DNA of 64,000 nt from Candidatus Altiarchaeales archaeon ex4484_2 (GCA_002254565.1 NJEG01000003.1:102-64101); one strand, 5' to 3'. Shown: positions 9,638 through 20,031, counted from the stretch's first letter. The notes: generated by a model not told the origin, from the sequence alone. Made by a program: numbers and translations.

Positions 9638-10708
9638 ATGACTAGATTATACACTAACATTATGGGTGTTTTCGCCCTCAAAAAGGGCCGGGTTATAGAA
9701 AAAAACCTGTTCCCTGAAAACCCTATGGAAATCGCAGACCGCATTACTGTTTTAGAGAAGTCTTTCTGCAGGGAGGAGGAGGAATTAATTCACAGGTTGT
9801 ATGAAACAGGCAACATTGTTTTGGGTGTGAGAAACCCAAAAAGGTTCAGGGAACTTGACACTGGAGATATGGAGAATCTCAGGTTTGTTAAAGAACAAGA
9901 TCCTGTGGATGATATGGTCATTGTCGCACAGATTGGCTTCAAGAGGAAGAAGTTTATGAGTCTTCTGTCACAGGTTAATCTGGAGATAACAAGAAGAAGG
10001 GTTCGGGAGGTGGAGAAAGACCAGCTTATCATACAGGCTGTGAACTCAATTGATGAACTGGAGGAGTCAGCGAACAAGTTAAGCAAGAGGCTTAGGGAGT
10101 TCTACTCTTATTGTTTCCCTGAGATGGATTACCTGGTTAAGAGTGATGAAACCTACGTTTCGCTGGTTGAGGGAGGTCTTGGGAATTTAGATGAGGTTCA
10201 CCCTGATATGGCGAAGGGTATTAGAGAGTCCAGGAAAGAAACCCTTGGAGTGGATTTCTCTAAAGGGGATTATCTGGCTGTGAAAGCTCTGGCGAGATCC
10301 ATATTGAAGTTGAACGAGACGAAATCTGATATCGAGTCATACATAGGGGATTCCATGAAGGAGATGTCGCCAAACCTTAATGAGCTGGCAGGCCCTCTTC
10401 TGGGAGCCAGGTTGATTTCTTTAGCAGGGAGCCTTAAGAGGCTTGCTAAGATGCCTGCATCCACCGTGCAGGTTCTTGGTGCGGAGGATGCGTTCTTCCG
10501 TTTTTTGAAGACCGGGAAGAAGCCTCCCAAGCATGGTATAATATTCACGTTACCTGAGATAAGGGGCGCTTCCATGAAAACGAGAGGTAAGATCTCCAGG
10601 AAATTCGCAGCTAAGCTGGCTATTGCTGCGAAAGCAGACTACTTTGGTAGTGATTTCATTGGAGATCAGCTCAGGGATGATTTTTTGAAAAAGATTAAGG
10701 ATTTATGA
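9638..10708 (+). CDS. nop5: Nop56/58 (Nop5) C/D box sRNP core protein.
   Basis: Nop domain pattern: LAGPLLGARLISLAGSLKRLAKMPASTVQVLGAEDAFFR...PKHGIIF. Length and coiled-coil middle region are typical of archaeal Nop5. Confidence 0.9.
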   Translation: MTRLYTNIMGVFALKKGRVIEKNLFPENPMEIADRITVLEKSFCREEEELIHRLYETGNIVLGVRNPKRFRELDTGDMENLRFVKEQDPVDDMVIVAQIGFKRKKFMSLLSQVNLEITRRRVREVEKDQLIIQAVNSIDELEESANKLSKRLREFYSYCFPEMDYLVKSDETYVSLVEGGLGNLDEVHPDMAKGIRESRKETLGVDFSKGDYLAVKALARSILKLNETKSDIESYIGDSMKEMSPNLNELAGPLLGARLISLAGSLKRLAKMPASTVQVLGAEDAFFRFLKTGKKPPKHGIIFTLPEIRGASMKTRGKISRKFAAKLAIAAKADYFGSDFIGDQLRDDFLKKIKDL

Positions 10709-11637
10709 TGGACATGGAGGTTACCTCTGTAGGCGACATCAATGTGGATCTTGTTTGCTCTAATTTGGTGGATATGCCAGGGAGGGATTCACAGGTTCTG
10801 GTTGATGATTTGTTTATATCTTCAGGCGGTTGTGCTGCGAATTTTGCTAAGGCCGCATCCAGGCTTGGTTTAAAAACAAGGTTATTTGGGAAGACTGGAG
10901 ACGACATCTATGGAGAATTTCTTAGGGGGGAGCTTTCTGGTGTGGACCTGCATCTTGCCAAAGGCTCTAAAACAGGTGTTACTTATGCCTTAACCTTCAG
11001 GGACGGTAGCCGGTCTTTTTTAACATATCCCGGCTCTAATCGGGAGTTTGGAGCAGGGGATGTTGATTTAGAGCTGGTTGAGGGGGGATTTCTGCATGTT
11101 GCGAGCTTTTTCCTGCAGGGCTTGGGAGAGCATACTAGGGAGTTGCTTGTTCACGCCCACGATAAGGGGATGACGTGTTCCTTTGACACCGGCTGGGATC
11201 CATCAGGGTGGGGTGAGAAGGACAGGGAGCTTGTGATAGATATCCTTGAGGCTGTGGATATCTTTTTCCCTAACCTGAGGGAGGCTGAGGCCATAACAGG
11301 ATTAAGCGAGATGGAAGATGTATGTGATTCCCTGCTTGGTATGGGCCCAAAGATTATTGCCTTAAAGCTTGGTTCTCAGGGATCCTTTATTGCGACCAAG
11401 GGTGAGAGGTTTGGTGTTGAACCCTTGGAGGTTGATGTTGTGGATTCCACTGGTGCAGGGGATGTTTTTGCTGCGGGATTCATTTACGGGAGGTGTAGGG
11501 GTTACAGCTTGGAGGAATCTGGCAGGTTTGCTAACGCCGCAGCAGCCCTTTCAACGAAATTCATGGGAAGCAGCTGCTACCCCACGGAGAAGGAAGTTGC
11601 AGGGTTTATCAGGAACCGCAGTAAAAACCTCCCGTGA
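10705..11637 (+). CDS. PfkB-family carbohydrate/nucleoside kinase (ribokinase-like).
   Basis: N-terminal GDINVDL motif and C-terminal DSTGAGDVFAAGF motif. Its start overlaps the nop5 stop (ATGA). Confidence 0.85.
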   Translation: MMDMEVTSVGDINVDLVCSNLVDMPGRDSQVLVDDLFISSGGCAANFAKAASRLGLKTRLFGKTGDDIYGEFLRGELSGVDLHLAKGSKTGVTYALTFRDGSRSFLTYPGSNREFGAGDVDLELVEGGFLHVASFFLQGLGEHTRELLVHAHDKGMTCSFDTGWDPSGWGEKDRELVIDILEAVDIFFPNLREAEAITGLSEMEDVCDSLLGMGPKIIALKLGSQGSFIATKGERFGVEPLEVDVVDSTGAGDVFAAGFIYGRCRGYSLEESGRFANAAAALSTKFMGSSCYPTEKEVAGFIRNRSKNLP

Positions 11638-13366
11638 ACCAGATATCCCTCGCCTCCTCAACCTCCTGTTTGGTGACTCCATCACCTGTCTTCCATCTCG
11701 CGATAAATGCTATCAGCTCGGGCATGTTTATTACGCTATCCTGGTTGGTGTCTGCTTGGTGGTAGGGGGGTGCGTAATCGCAGATCTCTGGGGGGCAGGG
11801 GTTGCCCAAGTACTCCCAGATATAGCTTGTCAGTGTGATGTTTCCCCCATAGAGGCCTGTACCATTAGCGCAAAACCCCCTATCACCCCTCAAAGGATCC
11901 AATCCATCACTCACATTATCATAGTAATAATGGCTCATCAGCTCCTTAATCAAATCCTCATTAGGGAAAGGCCACAAGGGCTCACTGGTCACTTCATTAT
12001 ATCCCTCCTCCCCCCAGAGGGTTCCATTTACCCCGATCCTGTGAAGGATTGTAGCCCCCCTGTCCCCTCCATCAGATGCTGTACCATCCAAGTCTGAGCC
12101 GTTCTCGATTCTTGGAAGATACTTCAGGGCCGTAACCCCATTACCTGGAATACCATCTAGAGGATCTATTGCGTTGGAGTTAGCATCACAATATGAATGA
12201 GTTCCCGCTGCACTACCAGTATACTCTATATCGAGATTATATAGGGCGTTACAGTCATTTCCCACAGCATTCCATATGCCTCTATATGAATTGTATAAAA
12301 CTGAGTTCGTGATCGGGTCATTTCCTTCAAGATAAGCAAGTGGGCTTAGTGTCCCATCACCTGATACATTACCTAATGTGCAGTGATCAAAAACCGCGCC
12401 TGAACCACGTAATCGATTGCCCCACACACTATCCCAGTGAATAAAATCTATGAATGTGGTCGGGTTGTAATTGGAACCAAGGGCACCCATCATGCCTGTA
12501 TTCCCAACACTTATGCACCCTCTCACTGATGTATTCTCCAAGCTGAAGCCTTCAGCCGTATCTCTTATACCATAGCTCCTTGCGGCTGCTGTCCCTCCAG
12601 TGTAGTAGTCCTCTTGGTCGCCGTCTATGCTTATGCAGTTTTGCACTTCAGTTTCCTTACAATCATATAGCTTGAATGCTTCCTGATCAAAATAGTCAAA
12701 GTGCCTGTCATGTCTTACAACACACCTGCGGAAAATAACCTTCTCAGCTGATTTCGCTGCATAGAAATGTTTGCGTGCATCACCCCAGCTCCAGCAATCC
12801 TCAAGCAGGACATAGCTGCTGGAACCCACTGCGAAGCCATCTCCTCCATGACCTATATATGTTGTGTCATAACAGAAGCAACGAAACATTTTGATATGGT
12901 TTGCATTAATGATACTTATCAGAGTGCTGCTGCTGTTACAAACCCCTAAGCCCTCAAACTGTAGGTATGACACATCCCCTGCACCTCCTCCGCCGTGGAT
13001 TTGAAAAGGTGATCTAACTCCTTCACCATCAAAAATAACCTTTCCATCATGCTCTGCTTTAACCAGAGTGTATGAGTTGTTATTCCCACTGGGCAGCCTA
13101 TGGTCGTAATCCATAACATTTTCACTCCCAGCATAAACTCCATCCAGGATAATCAAGGTATCCCCACCAGACATCTGTGCTATAGAGTGTTGTAGCGTAT
13201 GCCAGGGGTTGTTCAAGCTCCCATCACCTGTTGCATCGCTTCCGTTGGTTGCCATATAAAAATCAGCAGCCTCCACACTCCCCCCAAAACCACCAGGAGT
13301 TATGGAAGCAATCAACAAAACCAGCACGGTATTTTTCATCTCTTTACCCATATACCCCTCCTCCAA
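11609..13366 (-). CDS. Secreted right-handed beta-helix protein (DUF1565/pectate-lyase-like fold) with a single dockerin/EF-hand-like C-terminal segment.
   Basis: Signal peptide, then FYMATNGSDATGDGSLNNPWHTLQHSIAQMSGGDTLIILDGVY. C-terminal ADTNQDSVINMPELIAFIARWKTGD. Confidence 0.7.
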   Translation of the reverse strand: MEEGYMGKEMKNTVLVLLIASITPGGFGGSVEAADFYMATNGSDATGDGSLNNPWHTLQHSIAQMSGGDTLIILDGVYAGSENVMDYDHRLPSGNNNSYTLVKAEHDGKVIFDGEGVRSPFQIHGGGGAGDVSYLQFEGLGVCNSSSTLISIINANHIKMFRCFCYDTTYIGHGGDGFAVGSSSYVLLEDCWSWGDARKHFYAAKSAEKVIFRRCVVRHDRHFDYFDQEAFKLYDCKETEVQNCISIDGDQEDYYTGGTAAARSYGIRDTAEGFSLENTSVRGCISVGNTGMMGALGSNYNPTTFIDFIHWDSVWGNRLRGSGAVFDHCTLGNVSGDGTLSPLAYLEGNDPITNSVLYNSYRGIWNAVGNDCNALYNLDIEYTGSAAGTHSYCDANSNAIDPLDGIPGNGVTALKYLPRIENGSDLDGTASDGGDRGATILHRIGVNGTLWGEEGYNEVTSEPLWPFPNEDLIKELMSHYYYDNVSDGLDPLRGDRGFCANGTGLYGGNITLTSYIWEYLGNPCPPEICDYAPPYHQADTNQDSVINMPELIAFIARWKTGDGVTKQEVEEARDIWFTGGFYCGS

Positions 13367-13427
13367 AGAGAGCCCTACCAGTAGAATATTTAGATGGGGA
13401 TATATTTATCTTTACCAGAGGTTGCCC

Positions 13428-14726
13428 TTAATACTGTTCGAATCCGTACATGACGTTAAGCACTTTCTGGTCTTGAAGGGGCTTGCCCATCACCTGCAAA
13501 CCGGTTGGTATATGATCGGTTTCTCCTGCGGGAACAACGCCTGCTGGAATCCCTGCAAGGTTCGCTAAAACAGTGAATATGTCATAGGCGTACATAACCA
13601 TAGGATCCTCTATTCTGGTGCCAATCTTGTGAGGTAATTTAGGGACAGCAGGTCCTACAAGAACATCCACTTCCTTTAGGGCATCCATCAGCTCCCTTCT
13701 TAAAACAGATCGGGCCTGTAGGGCCTTCCTGTAGTACCTGCCCGAGTACTCCTTCTGGGTGATGTAGCTACCTATAAGTATTCGCCTCAACACCTCCTCC
13801 CCGCAGACTTCCTCGATCCTGTGCCCGTATCTCCTCCCATCATATTTCCTGGTTGCAGAAAAAAACTCAACATACACGTTCAGGTAGTAGGTTGGTAATG
13901 CGATCTTAAGGTTTGGTAGTGATAACTCAATTATCTCAGCTCCGACAGATGAGAGCCTATCTATTGCTTTATGTATAACCCTCCTGATGCCCTTGTCTTG
14001 TATTAGTGAATCAAACTCCCGGGCATATCCCAGTTTCTTATCCTTAAGTTTGGGATCCAGGTTGCCACTGAAGTTATAAAATCCCTTATCTAGGTCAATG
14101 GATGTCTCATCCCGGGGGTCATGCCCTGCTATAACATCCAACAGCAGAGCACATGATTTAACGTTTCTTGCCAGGGGACCGATCTGGTCAAGCGACATCG
14201 CCAGATCCAACAATCCATAGCGTGAGACTACTCCATAGGTTGGTTTATAGCCCACCACACCACAGTGGGATGCTGGATTTCTTATGGATCCGCCGGTATC
14301 TGAGCCTATACTCACGTCCACCAGCCCAGAAGCAACCGAGGCAGCTGAGCCCGAGGAGGAGCCTCCTGGAATCCTGCCGGGAGCTGAGGGATTACCTGTC
14401 CCACCATAGAATGATGTTTCCCCGGAGGAGCCGCATGCGAACTCATCCATGTTTGTCATGCCCGCAATGGAACCACCTTCACCCTTTATACGTTTAACCA
14501 CAAAAGCATCATATGAGCCTATGTGGTTTTCAAGCGTCTTGGATGCTGCGCTAACCATCAGACCATCCACCGAGATGTTGGATTTAACTCCCACCTTGAG
14601 ACCAGCTAGCTTGCCTTTTTTCGCCCTGTCTTTCAGGGCAACACCCTGCCTGTCCAGGACAATGAAAGAGTTAAGTTCCTGGTCTCCCTGCTCCAGCTCA
14701 GCGATAAAACCCATGTTACCAGCCAT
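13428..14726 (-). CDS. gatA: Aspartyl/glutamyl-tRNA amidotransferase subunit A.
   Basis: Amidase signature: GGSSSGSAASVASGLVDVSIGSDTGGSIRNPASHCGVVGYKPTYG. Confidence 0.9.
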   Translation of the reverse strand: MAGNMGFIAELEQGDQELNSFIVLDRQGVALKDRAKKGKLAGLKVGVKSNISVDGLMVSAASKTLENHIGSYDAFVVKRIKGEGGSIAGMTNMDEFACGSSGETSFYGGTGNPSAPGRIPGGSSSGSAASVASGLVDVSIGSDTGGSIRNPASHCGVVGYKPTYGVVSRYGLLDLAMSLDQIGPLARNVKSCALLLDVIAGHDPRDETSIDLDKGFYNFSGNLDPKLKDKKLGYAREFDSLIQDKGIRRVIHKAIDRLSSVGAEIIELSLPNLKIALPTYYLNVYVEFFSATRKYDGRRYGHRIEEVCGEEVLRRILIGSYITQKEYSGRYYRKALQARSVLRRELMDALKEVDVLVGPAVPKLPHKIGTRIEDPMVMYAYDIFTVLANLAGIPAGVVPAGETDHIPTGLQVMGKPLQDQKVLNVMYGFEQY

Positions 14727-14740
14727 ATATTCTTATCGAT

Positions 14741-15829
14741 TTGATTCTAAATAAATATTTGATGAACAAAAAAATCATTTATCTTATTATTTTATTCATC
14801 CCCCTGTGTGGAGCGGATGATTTAAGAATGCCGGAGAATATACTCTCGATGGAGGGTAGCATAATTGCCCTGTCATGCACAAACGGTTACATAGTGGCTG
14901 GCTCCGACACCGGGTTCATCTATCTCTTCGATGAGGAGGGCAGTCTTCTATGGCAGCGCAAACTCTCGGACAGGGTCACATCGGCGAGGATAAACGTTGA
15001 TTCTATAGCTGCTAACACCATGGACGAAAAACTCTATCTCTTCAACATAAGCGGGCAGATGAGAGAGTACATGGATGTCAGAGGATACACTGAACACAGC
15101 AAGGCTCTTCATGTTAGAGACGAGAATATTGTTCTGGGAACAAGGTTAGGTCGCGTTTATTTCTTCCAGAATGGGGTTGAGAAATGGAGTTATGAAACAG
15201 ACGCTTATGTTATTGAGACGAACATAGTTAACGACCTGGTTAAGGTAGTGTCAGATAAAAGAATTTATGTATTTGATTTCAATGGAAGAGCACTGTTAAA
15301 CAAGAGCTTCCCCAGTTATATAAGGTCCACGTCAGTTTCCAGAGAATATTTTGCTGTTGGTTTAGGTAACAACGAGCTTGTTTTGGTGGACAATAACGGG
15401 ACAGTAGTCTGGAGTAATGAGCTTGGAGACCATATAGGGGTTATAGACATATCGGAGAATGTGGTTTGTGGCTTAAGGAACGGGGAGGTACATGTATTCG
15501 ACCTGGGGGGGCGGGAAGTCCATAAATTCAGGATGGATGCTCCAGTGGTTAGCATCTCAACTCTCGCCAACAAGGTGGTTGCAGGCACCTCGGGAAATAA
15601 ACTCTATCTGCTGAACGTGTATGGAGGTGTTGAGTGGAGCTATGATACAGAAGGCTATGTGACATCATCTCACCTGTCCAACAACTACCTGATAGCCGGC
15701 TCCTCTCTTGGAGAGCTTTATTATCTGAGGATGTTCAGGGACCCTGAGCAGCTGAAAATAGTTACGGGTTTTGTGATACTGAGCTTATTGATTGCTACAG
15801 TAGTATTAATTATATCGCTTCGTTATTGA
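14741..15829 (+). CDS. Secreted PQQ-like beta-propeller repeat protein with a C-terminal TM anchor.
   Basis: The likely start is the internal M at 14762 (MNKKIIYLIILFIPLCGA). Repeated G-x-[IV]Y-x-[FL]-D/N...G-x-x-x-W blades. C-terminal helix VTGFVILSLLIATVVLIISL. Confidence 0.7.
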   Translation: MILNKYLMNKKIIYLIILFIPLCGADDLRMPENILSMEGSIIALSCTNGYIVAGSDTGFIYLFDEEGSLLWQRKLSDRVTSARINVDSIAANTMDEKLYLFNISGQMREYMDVRGYTEHSKALHVRDENIVLGTRLGRVYFFQNGVEKWSYETDAYVIETNIVNDLVKVVSDKRIYVFDFNGRALLNKSFPSYIRSTSVSREYFAVGLGNNELVLVDNNGTVVWSNELGDHIGVIDISENVVCGLRNGEVHVFDLGGREVHKFRMDAPVVSISTLANKVVAGTSGNKLYLLNVYGGVEWSYDTEGYVTSSHLSNNYLIAGSSLGELYYLRMFRDPEQLKIVTGFVILSLLIATVVLIISLRY

Positions 15830-17001
15830 AAATGGAGGTTGGGATTGTAGGTAAACCGAATGTTGGGAAGTCAACTTTATTCAGGGCCCTGAGTTTGAAG
15901 GATGCTGAGATAGCTGACTTCCCGTTCACAACCATTAAACCTAATGTGGGGGTGGGTTATGTTAGAACAGAATGCAGTGACATTAGCTTTGGGGTGGAAT
16001 GCACTCCAAAGAATTCATTCTGTATTAAGGGAAACAGGTTTGTTCCGGTTAAACTGATTGATGTCGCCGGGCTGGTTCCCGGAGCGCATGAGGGTAAGGG
16101 TTTGGGTAACCAGTTCCTCGACGATCTCAGAAGGGCTGATGTCCTGATTCATGTGGTTGACATCTCAGGTGGGACGAATGCGAAGGGAGAGAACACCAGG
16201 GGGTATGATCCTGTAGAGGATATAAGGTTTCTGGAAGATGAGATAGATTACTGGTTTTGTGGGATACTTGAGAGGAACTGGTCCAAGATTACCTCAAAGG
16301 TTAGGCACAGTAGTAGGGATTTAATCGATGAGTTAACGTTGCATCTGGCTGGTCTTGGAATAACAGAATCCCACGTGGCTGGGGCACTGAAGAAAGCAGA
16401 CCTTGATTCAGGCTGTAGCTGGGCGGGAAATGATTTGCTGGATTTCGCTGTGGAGTTAAGGAAAACATCTAAACCTTTGCTGGTTGCGGGGAACAAGATA
16501 GACCTTGATGAGGGAAACTATGAGAGATTAAGGGAAAAATATGATATTATTCCAGTCTGCTCCGAGGCGGAGTTGGCTTTAAGGCAGGCTCAGGCATCAG
16601 GGGTGATATCATATATCCCAGGTGATTCCGGTTTCAGTTTACTTAAGAAGATTTCTGATAAACAGGTGAAGGCCTTGGATTATATAAGAGAGAAAATTCT
16701 TGGGGTTTATGGCTCAACAGGGGTACAGCAGTGTCTTAACAGGGCTGTATTTGATTTGTTGGGTATGATTGTGGTATATCCAGTGGAAAACGAGAACAGG
16801 CTCGCTGACAAGGAGGGGAACATCCTCCCTGATGCCCTGCTTTTACCTAAAGAAAGCAGTGCTATTGATTTAGCATACAAGATACACTCTGACATAGGGG
16901 ATAGGTTTATTGGAGCAATAGACTGTAAAACAAAAATGAAGGTTGGTAGAGACCATAAACTGAAAAACGGTGATGTCATAAAAATCATCACCGGAAGGTG
17001 A
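15826..17001 (+). CDS. Obg-family GTPase/ATPase (YchF/DRG-like) with a C-terminal TGS domain.
   Basis: G1 GKPNVGKST, G3 DVAGLV, G4 NKID. C-terminal TGS-like ...HKLKNGDVIKIITGR. Confidence 0.85.
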   Translation: MKMEVGIVGKPNVGKSTLFRALSLKDAEIADFPFTTIKPNVGVGYVRTECSDISFGVECTPKNSFCIKGNRFVPVKLIDVAGLVPGAHEGKGLGNQFLDDLRRADVLIHVVDISGGTNAKGENTRGYDPVEDIRFLEDEIDYWFCGILERNWSKITSKVRHSSRDLIDELTLHLAGLGITESHVAGALKKADLDSGCSWAGNDLLDFAVELRKTSKPLLVAGNKIDLDEGNYERLREKYDIIPVCSEAELALRQAQASGVISYIPGDSGFSLLKKISDKQVKALDYIREKILGVYGSTGVQQCLNRAVFDLLGMIVVYPVENENRLADKEGNILPDALLLPKESSAIDLAYKIHSDIGDRFIGAIDCKTKMKVGRDHKLKNGDVIKIITGR

Positions 17002-17007
17002 GATAAT

Positions 17008-17973
17008 ATGGAAAACCTGGAGAATATCATAGGTGAAGGGGTTAAGAACTGGAAGGATAATTACGTACTGAGTGTGCCCTTTATCCTTAACGTGATACTC
17101 TCATACGTGCTGCAGTTGTTGTTTGTTATTGTTATCGTCTTTTTTGTTATCCTGCTGGTTATGATTCCATCTTCTATACTCGGTGGGGTGGATTTTTTTC
17201 ATTTGGATATTGCACTCCAGAATATTTTATTAACTGCCGTGGTTTTATCTACTGTTTCCATTGCCTTCCTTGTTGTTTACCTGCTGGTTGGGAGCTTTCT
17301 TGTCTGCGGAGCCACCGGGATGTCGTTGGATATTCTGCAAAAGGGTGAAACAAGTGTATCCCGGATGCTGGTATACGGGAGGAGATACTTCAGAATCCTC
17401 TTCCCAGCCAACATCCTTGTCTTATTGATTCTGGTTTTTGGCGAAATCATTATATCAGGGGTCTTTTTTGGTGTGCCATATGAAACAGACCTCCTAAGCA
17501 GGGATAACAGCATGTTCCCCATGGGTTTGATTTCTGTTATGGTGGGTTTGTTGTTTACTATACTATACGCTCTTGCAGTGGATTTAGTCTTCAAGCCGCT
17601 TCAGTTTGCTGTGGTATTCTCTGATGAGGGGGTGTTAAGCAGCCTGAAAACAAGCTACTCCTTCTTCATGGAAAACAAACTCGACCTCTTTCTTATCTGG
17701 TTGATTGTCTTGATTATTGGGGTCTTCGCTTACTCAATAAATGTTGTGACATCGATTTTCTTTAACCTGATTCCATTGGTAGGCCCTCTAGTCTCCCAGT
17801 TACTGGTTTTTGTCATCTACCTGATGCTGGCCTTTGCTGTGGAACCCGTATCAACCCTCTGGTACGCTCACCTGTATGTGGACAGGAAAGCAGGGATTAA
17901 TCCAGAAGCCCTAGGAAAAGCTCCTGAACCCTTGTATCATGAACAAGCTCGGGATGGAAGGATAAAACAATAA
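17008..17973 (+). CDS. Polytopic integral membrane protein of unknown function.
   Basis: At least 6 long hydrophobic segments; I recognise no catalytic motif. Confidence 0.6.
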   Translation: MENLENIIGEGVKNWKDNYVLSVPFILNVILSYVLQLLFVIVIVFFVILLVMIPSSILGGVDFFHLDIALQNILLTAVVLSTVSIAFLVVYLLVGSFLVCGATGMSLDILQKGETSVSRMLVYGRRYFRILFPANILVLLILVFGEIIISGVFFGVPYETDLLSRDNSMFPMGLISVMVGLLFTILYALAVDLVFKPLQFAVVFSDEGVLSSLKTSYSFFMENKLDLFLIWLIVLIIGVFAYSINVVTSIFFNLIPLVGPLVSQLLVFVIYLMLAFAVEPVSTLWYAHLYVDRKAGINPEALGKAPEPLYHEQARDGRIKQ

Positions 17974-18478
17974 GGTTTCCCTGCTTTGCCATAACCCCCC
18001 TGCCGCCTACCTCAGCCATTAGCTCACACACACCCCATGTTCTCTTGATTGCCGGAGCCCTGATAAAAACAGCATGGTATTTGCCCCTGAAGCCTTTAAT
18101 GCTTATGTCTTTCTCAAAGCTCTCCCGCTGCCTGCCGAAGGCGTTCCTCTCCACCTCCACGTCCATTAAATCCAGGGCATATTTGTTGTCTTCCACCCTG
18201 CTGGCCAGTAAAATCATTCCAGCACAGGTTCCCATTACTGGCTTATCCCTCTTCACTAAATCCATTATTACCTCAGCCAACCCATACATGTGGATTAATT
18301 TACCCAGGGTGGTGCTCTCACCTCCAGGAATAACCAATGCGTCCACATCCCTGAGCCTCTCTTCTGAAGAAACCGCTTCTACGAAGGCATCCAGCTCCAT
18401 TTTCTCGACAGCTTTTTCCATGGAAGAAACATGTTCTGAGACATCACCCTGAAGTGAGAGAACCCCTATCTTTTTCAT
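17897..18478 (-). CDS. pdxT: Pyridoxal 5'-phosphate synthase glutaminase subunit.
   Basis: MKKIGVLSLQGDVSEHV..., GTCAG nucleophile elbow, and FHPE near the C-terminus. Confidence 0.9.
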   Translation of the reverse strand: MKKIGVLSLQGDVSEHVSSMEKAVEKMELDAFVEAVSSEERLRDVDALVIPGGESTTLGKLIHMYGLAEVIMDLVKRDKPVMGTCAGMILLASRVEDNKYALDLMDVEVERNAFGRQRESFEKDISIKGFRGKYHAVFIRAPAIKRTWGVCELMAEVGGRGVMAKQGNLIVLSFHPELVHDTRVQELFLGLLD

Positions 18479-20013
18479 TTAAATCGATTTTTTACAAAGA
18501 GGGGGTCCAGTGATAAAATAAAGAGTGCTGCCTTAGGCCCCCTGTCTTTCCCCACCAAAACATGGTATACTGCCCTGAAAACTCCAGAGGGTTTGACTCC
18601 GCTCTCCCTGGATATCTCGTATATCCTCTTATGCAGTCCCTCTGCACCAAGGTCTTTATCAAGTTCATCCGCTATCTTCCTCAAAACAGCCCTCTCATCT
18701 GCAGTTAACTGTTCCTTTGCTTCCTCAGCCTTTTCTTCATCAATAAGCCTGAAGTTAAGGTAGCTTGGACCATATCGTCTGCTCCATTCCCCGGCCAGCT
18801 TTATCCTATTCCTCAGGCGTTCTCTGCTGTAATCCCTGTAGCCCTGGCGTTCAAGCCTCTTTGTTATCTCATCCAGATTCAGATCAGAAACAACCTGGGA
18901 TAATACAGCACATAGGGTGTAGGGAACCTGCAGCTTCTCTGGCTTTTTTACCTGCGAGAGCTCGTATATCCTCCCCTCTCCATCACCCCCCTCCTCCAGC
19001 CCAAAAAACACTCTCTCCGCCCGATCATATTCATCCACCAGGGCTGGTATGGATGAGAGCTTTATATCCCTTTGTTTCTTCAGCCGCTTGTACATGGAAT
19101 ACTTGAGGACCTCAGGTTCACATATGTCAAGCCAGTTCCCCAAGGTTATGACGTTGCCTTTGGATGATGAGATTTTCTCTCCGTTGAGGGTGAAGAATTC
19201 ATAGATTACCGGTATGGGAGGCTCCCACCCCAGGATTTCCTTTGAGATAATTCTGGATGTCCAGAAAGATCCGCCGGCACTCGCATGTTCTTTACCTAAG
19301 GGCTCGCATGTCACCCTAAAATGCTTCCAGCGAACAGCCCATTCAATCCTCCAGGGAAGCTTTCCCCGCCCCTCCCTGATATCAGACTCTCCCTCAAAGC
19401 CGCACCCCTTAACCCTGCCTCCGGAAATTTCAGTATCCTGGCATACGTAGGAAACCATAAACCCGTCCACACCAGTGGGCTTGGTTGAGGCTATTCTGCC
19501 GCAGTTCTCGCATATCGGGCTCCAGAATACGGTGTCCTCCGGCAGAGGCTCTTCCCTGAATTTGTTGAGTATCTCTGTTATCTCCCCAGACCTCTTAAGC
19601 ACGGTCTCTATCCCCTCCTGAAATGCATTACTCCGATATAGCTCTGTTGCGGAATAGGATTTTGGCTCCACACCAAATTCCTTAAGATTCGAGAGAAACC
19701 CATCAACATAGTGGTCTACAAAACTTTCATGGCATCCATCAGGGTCAGGTATGTCTTTCACAGGGAAGCCAAGGTATTCCCCAAGACCAGCCATCCCCTT
19801 AGGTATCTTGCGAAAGGGGTCTGAGTCATCCGCCACCCATATGAAATCAACATCCGCATTCCTTTCAAGCAACACCTTCCTTATTGCATCTCCCCGGATA
19901 ACATCTGATGCATTTCCTATATGGGGTATTCCCGAGATTGAGGTTCCTGTCTCTATGACCTGCAGGCCTTTTCGTTCAATTAGTTCCCTAGCTACTGTCT
20001 CAGACCAATGCAT
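18475..20013 (-). CDS. lysK: Class I lysyl-tRNA synthetase.
   Basis: HIGN motif (SGIPHIGNASDVIRGD). Size and layout fit archaeal LysK. A 4-nt overlap couples it to pdxT. Confidence 0.9.
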   Translation of the reverse strand: MHWSETVARELIERKGLQVIETGTSISGIPHIGNASDVIRGDAIRKVLLERNADVDFIWVADDSDPFRKIPKGMAGLGEYLGFPVKDIPDPDGCHESFVDHYVDGFLSNLKEFGVEPKSYSATELYRSNAFQEGIETVLKRSGEITEILNKFREEPLPEDTVFWSPICENCGRIASTKPTGVDGFMVSYVCQDTEISGGRVKGCGFEGESDIREGRGKLPWRIEWAVRWKHFRVTCEPLGKEHASAGGSFWTSRIISKEILGWEPPIPVIYEFFTLNGEKISSSKGNVITLGNWLDICEPEVLKYSMYKRLKKQRDIKLSSIPALVDEYDRAERVFFGLEEGGDGEGRIYELSQVKKPEKLQVPYTLCAVLSQVVSDLNLDEITKRLERQGYRDYSRERLRNRIKLAGEWSRRYGPSYLNFRLIDEEKAEEAKEQLTADERAVLRKIADELDKDLGAEGLHKRIYEISRESGVKPSGVFRAVYHVLVGKDRGPKAALFILSLDPLFVKNRFK

Positions 20014-20031
20014 TTTAAAATAGAAACAGGT

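Noticed and set aside
11369-12097. A 242-aa plus-strand ORF. Similar long antisense ORFs occur at 22681-23400, 28711-29340, 30555-31127 and 34390-35082.
   Set aside because: Each lies entirely antisense to, or out of frame within, a gene with strong family motifs (beta-helix protein, nadE/yjbQ, ilvB, DUF47, purM/tatD). Their compositions are low-complexity and typical of shadow frames.
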